From the IMG/VR virus record IMGVR_UViG_3300045988_092691, positions 1-35,214 of that record: DNA of 35,214 bases, one strand, 5' to 3'. The translations under genes were made by a program, and so were the position numbers. The notes under the pieces were generated by a model that worked only from the letters and a program-made list of their open reading frames with translations, had not been told where the DNA came from and did not search any database. The DNA comes from a virus. Shown one piece after another: positions 32,554 to 35,214 of this stretch; positions within the stretch are counted from its first letter, which is position 1; each line of letters opens with the position of its first letter.

Positions 32554-34018
32554 CGTCTACATCATCTCCTCCATCATCCGGTTCGTCGTTTTCGGAGTCA
32601 TCTATATCGTCATTTCCCATGTCTGTCCAGTCGATATCCATTCCAGTTACTTTGTTATCTTCTAGGATGCGTTCCATTTCTTTCTTCGCTTCATCTTCGG
32701 AACAATGCTCGATTTCCATGATAGCAGTAAGTTTGGAGCGAAGGCCATTTGTAACGAGTTTTATGTTCTTATCAATCGTGGCATTCGTGTCCTCTATGAT
32801 AGAATCATCAAAATCTACAGTTGCCTCAACCTCTTGTCCGATATCCAGAAATGACACTGCACGAACCATTCCAAGAATCGCCTGCTCAACCACAATCGCA
32901 TTCTTCTGACGGTTCTGGTACAGATCTGACTTATCAGATATAACCTCCGTAGCCGTTTTTACTCCTCCTGAAGAATCGAACTTATATCTACCTGTTCCCA
33001 TGCCACACTTCATGCTCAAGATATCAAGACATCTCTGGATTCCAAGCTCGTGATCAGTGGCTCTGATAGTCATATCAACTTCTGTCAGTTTTAGGTCGCT
33101 GTTTCTATCTGCCGGCATCTGATAATACACTGTATCATTTGGATTAAATGACGGAGTACTTACTCCGTCTTCCTGCATCTGAATTTTCGCAGCCGATATC
33201 GGAACAATAATTCTTTTTCTTCCAAGCACATACTCGTTCATGTAACTGTCATATACAAGGTCGCAGCCTTTTAACTGACTGATGCTGTTCGCATATACGG
33301 ATATTCCAAGCGGACTGTCAAGATCTATATTGTTACAAATGTTTGGCGTTATTATCTGAAATAAAGGAGATTCACTTTCTGTACATATGATAGGAATCAC
33401 ATCATCTGGACATTCTATATCTTTTCCGGTCTCTGATTCGATATATCTGTTCTCAATGTAATACAGGTTTCTGTTTTCAGGTTCTTCATCTTCCTCCCTA
33501 GCAACACCAAGTCTGTGTATCTGCAAGTATATACACTCTTTTCCATCAATTACTCTGATTGTTCCGAATGCACACTCTGTAATATCTCCATTATCCCAAG
33601 ACAGTGGATAAATCATATCTGCACGTATATAATCAATAATCACGTTTTTATCCGCATCTTTATACTCAACAAATGCACCTGTTCCAAGAGCGAATGCCAT
33701 CTCAATCAGCTGATTTGCGCGAATCGAGAAATTGTTAAATCGAAGGATTTCTTCTAATCGCTTTTCGTAATCTCCTGCTTTAATTGCAACCTTCTCATTC
33801 AACAAGAGATTAGCCCAGTCCTCGCATATCTTTTTAGCCATTCCAAGACGATATCTCTCATAACTTTTCGTGATTGTGCCATTGTATATTTTATAATGGT
33901 GAAAACTCTTTACATCGTCCTGATACCATTCAAGCCAATCATTGATGTGGCTATACGTTTCATCTGGAGCTGTGGTGTATTTATTATCAATTAGGTACTG
34001 TCTAATCTTATTACTCAT
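32510..34018 (-). CDS. Portal protein (SPP1 gp6-like)
   Basis: 502 aa, immediately downstream of terL. Acidic C-terminal tail. Confidence 0.85.
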   Translation of the reverse strand: MSNKIRQYLIDNKYTTAPDETYSHINDWLEWYQDDVKSFHHYKIYNGTITKSYERYRLGMAKKICEDWANLLLNEKVAIKAGDYEKRLEEILRFNNFSIRANQLIEMAFALGTGAFVEYKDADKNVIIDYIRADMIYPLSWDNGDITECAFGTIRVIDGKECIYLQIHRLGVAREEDEEPENRNLYYIENRYIESETGKDIECPDDVIPIICTESESPLFQIITPNICNNIDLDSPLGISVYANSISQLKGCDLVYDSYMNEYVLGRKRIIVPISAAKIQMQEDGVSTPSFNPNDTVYYQMPADRNSDLKLTEVDMTIRATDHELGIQRCLDILSMKCGMGTGRYKFDSSGGVKTATEVISDKSDLYQNRQKNAIVVEQAILGMVRAVSFLDIGQEVEATVDFDDSIIEDTNATIDKNIKLVTNGLRSKLTAIMEIEHCSEDEAKKEMERILEDNKVTGMDIDWTDMGNDDIDDSENDEPDDGGDDVDDESFEEPTGGGNNR

Positions 34019-34030
34019 TTTTTCACACTC

Positions 34031-35214
34031 CTATGCAGCAATATACAGGATATCTTCCTGTACACTCTCTGTGCTGTATTCCGTGCTGTCCAGACTGTCT
34101 ACATTCATAAGACCATCGTCCAACCGGACATCCATATTCTTTTTCTTGTCATCGTATACAGCCTGTTCAAACGCTTCGATGATGTGAGTGCAGTGTTTCA
34201 TCACTTTCCACCTCTTCTGCGCTATCAGGCTATTGTAGAATGCTATACGGTCGTTAATTGGACCCTTGATTGCATTCTGAATATCTATGTTCACATGATT
34301 CTGTACACAAGCCATCTCAATTCCGGCAATCAATGTCTGTTCAGCACTGTCACAATATGCTTCATACACCTTGTATTTTGCCTGGGCTCTCCGGACAAAA
34401 TCTATAAAATCATCCTGCAACTGCTTTGGATTGATACGCTTCTTGCAGTAATACTCATCCAGAACAACCACCTGCTTGTATCCTCTCGTAAATCCCGTAA
34501 GTGTAAAAGAATGAGCTGACTTCGTTCCTCCGAAATCGACTCCGATTGTTGCATATATTATCTCATTATCATTCAGCCATTTATCAGTAATCACATAATC
34601 ACTGACATGGTCTGCAAACTGCTGATAGATAAGACCATCAGCCGATACCCAAAGGCCAAGGATAAACCGCTTATAAAATACACTGCCATGCGGCCATGCA
34701 TTCTTATATTCTTCCTTACGCTTTTTGGAAATCGAAAAGTTATCATCCATCGTAAAATGCAGGTGGTATACTTTCTTTTTTTTCATCTGCTTAGGATCCA
34801 AATATTCTTCCCTGATAAAATGATGCGGTCCTTCAGGGTTGCAGTTCATCCAGAACTTCCATCCGTCTACAGAACATCTTGCCACTGCCTGATCCACAAA
34901 CGACTTCGGGAATAATGCAGCTTCATCCAAGTATGCTCCTGCAGCAGTAAGACCCTGTAATGAATCCTGCGCAGCTTCCGTGTTCGCTCCAAACAGGTAA
35001 TAGGTATTGCTTCCAATCTCTATGTGTGGCTCTGATCCGGATCGTACGTATTCATACGCCCATCCCCACGCTTCAAGAATCTGCAACATTGGTCGGATGA
35101 CATTCTTTTTCAAAGCACCCATTGTCTTACCTGCAATAATAAAAGATTGTCCTGAGTGCATTTCCTGAGACCATGTGAGAAATCCAATAATACAGGCTAT
35201 TGTTTTTCCGGAAC
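34031..35214 (-). CDS. terL: Terminase large subunit, 3' segment (the N-terminus continues through the junction to ATG at window position 255)
   Basis: The ORF is open to the window end. Total gene length is 1,320 nt (439 aa). The Walker A motif lies in the wrapped part. Nuclease-domain-like C-terminus. Confidence 0.9.
   Translation of the reverse strand, partial: SGKTIACIIGFLTWSQEMHSGQSFIIAGKTMGALKKNVIRPMLQILEAWGWAYEYVRSGSEPHIEIGSNTYYLFGANTEAAQDSLQGLTAAGAYLDEAALFPKSFVDQAVARCSVDGWKFWMNCNPEGPHHFIREEYLDPKQMKKKKVYHLHFTMDDNFSISKKRKEEYKNAWPHGSVFYKRFILGLWVSADGLIYQQFADHVSDYVITDKWLNDNEIIYATIGVDFGGTKSAHSFTLTGFTRGYKQVVVLDEYYCKKRINPKQLQDDFIDFVRRAQAKYKVYEAYCDSAEQTLIAGIEMACVQNHVNIDIQNAIKGPINDRIAFYNSLIAQKRWKVMKHCTHIIEAFEQAVYDDKKKNMDVRLDDGLMNVDSLDSTEYSTESVQEDILYIAA
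35096..35214. repeat. Terminal direct repeat (copy of 1-119)
   Basis: Exact identity, read directly. Confidence 0.95.

Noticed and set aside
1-35214. tRNA genes, CRISPR arrays, diversity-generating retroelement components, transposases
   Set aside because: No cloverleaf-like GC-rich 70-90 nt segment was seen in the intergenic regions. There are no regularly spaced repeats, no reverse-transcriptase-like ORF and no template/variable repeat pair. The only recombinases are the integrase and the shufflon invertase. This was a visual scan only.

Overview
The window is a complete, circularly closed temperate siphovirus-type phage genome. Bases 1-119 are identical to 35096-35214, so the unique length is 35,095 bp. 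Signals look Firmicutes/Clostridia-like: AGGAGG ribosome-binding sites, frequent TTG/GTG starts, a Prp-type protease, and an amidase_3 + SH3b endolysin. Nearly all genes are on the minus strand. Reading that strand, the order is: late regulator, terS, terL (crossing the junction), portal, minor capsid protein, Prp protease, scaffold, major capsid, four head-tail joining genes, major tail protein, two chaperone-position genes, tape measure, Dit, a Tal-like protein, tail fibre, shufflon, a carbohydrate-binding protein, and the lysis cassette. Continuing on the minus strand from 11009 down to 1341 is an early region. It holds a Cro-like gene, an Xis-like HTH gene, a recombination module (Sak/DUF1071 annealing protein, NinB-like, RusA), a replisome organiser, two DNA methyltransferases and many small Cys-rich ORFs. 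The plus strand carries one lysogeny/moron block (11195-15819): XRE repressor, ImmA protease, lipoprotein, an atypical MazF/PemK-like protein and the integrase. The main finding is at 18531-20896. A second tyrosine recombinase sits among four copies of a 19-bp site that encodes T-E-L-(N/I)-R-K. Each site is followed in frame by a different 77-101 aa C-terminal cassette. This is a multi-inversion shufflon predicted to switch the receptor-binding end of the tail fibre among four variants. Other notable points: a phage-encoded Prp protease with L27-like LQxFA cleavage motifs on scaffold, capsid and tail tube; a possible toxin-like C-terminal module on the minor capsid protein; a MazF-fold protein with a roughly 110-aa coiled-coil insertion; and a clear divergent genetic switch. 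No tRNA, CRISPR array or reverse transcriptase was seen.
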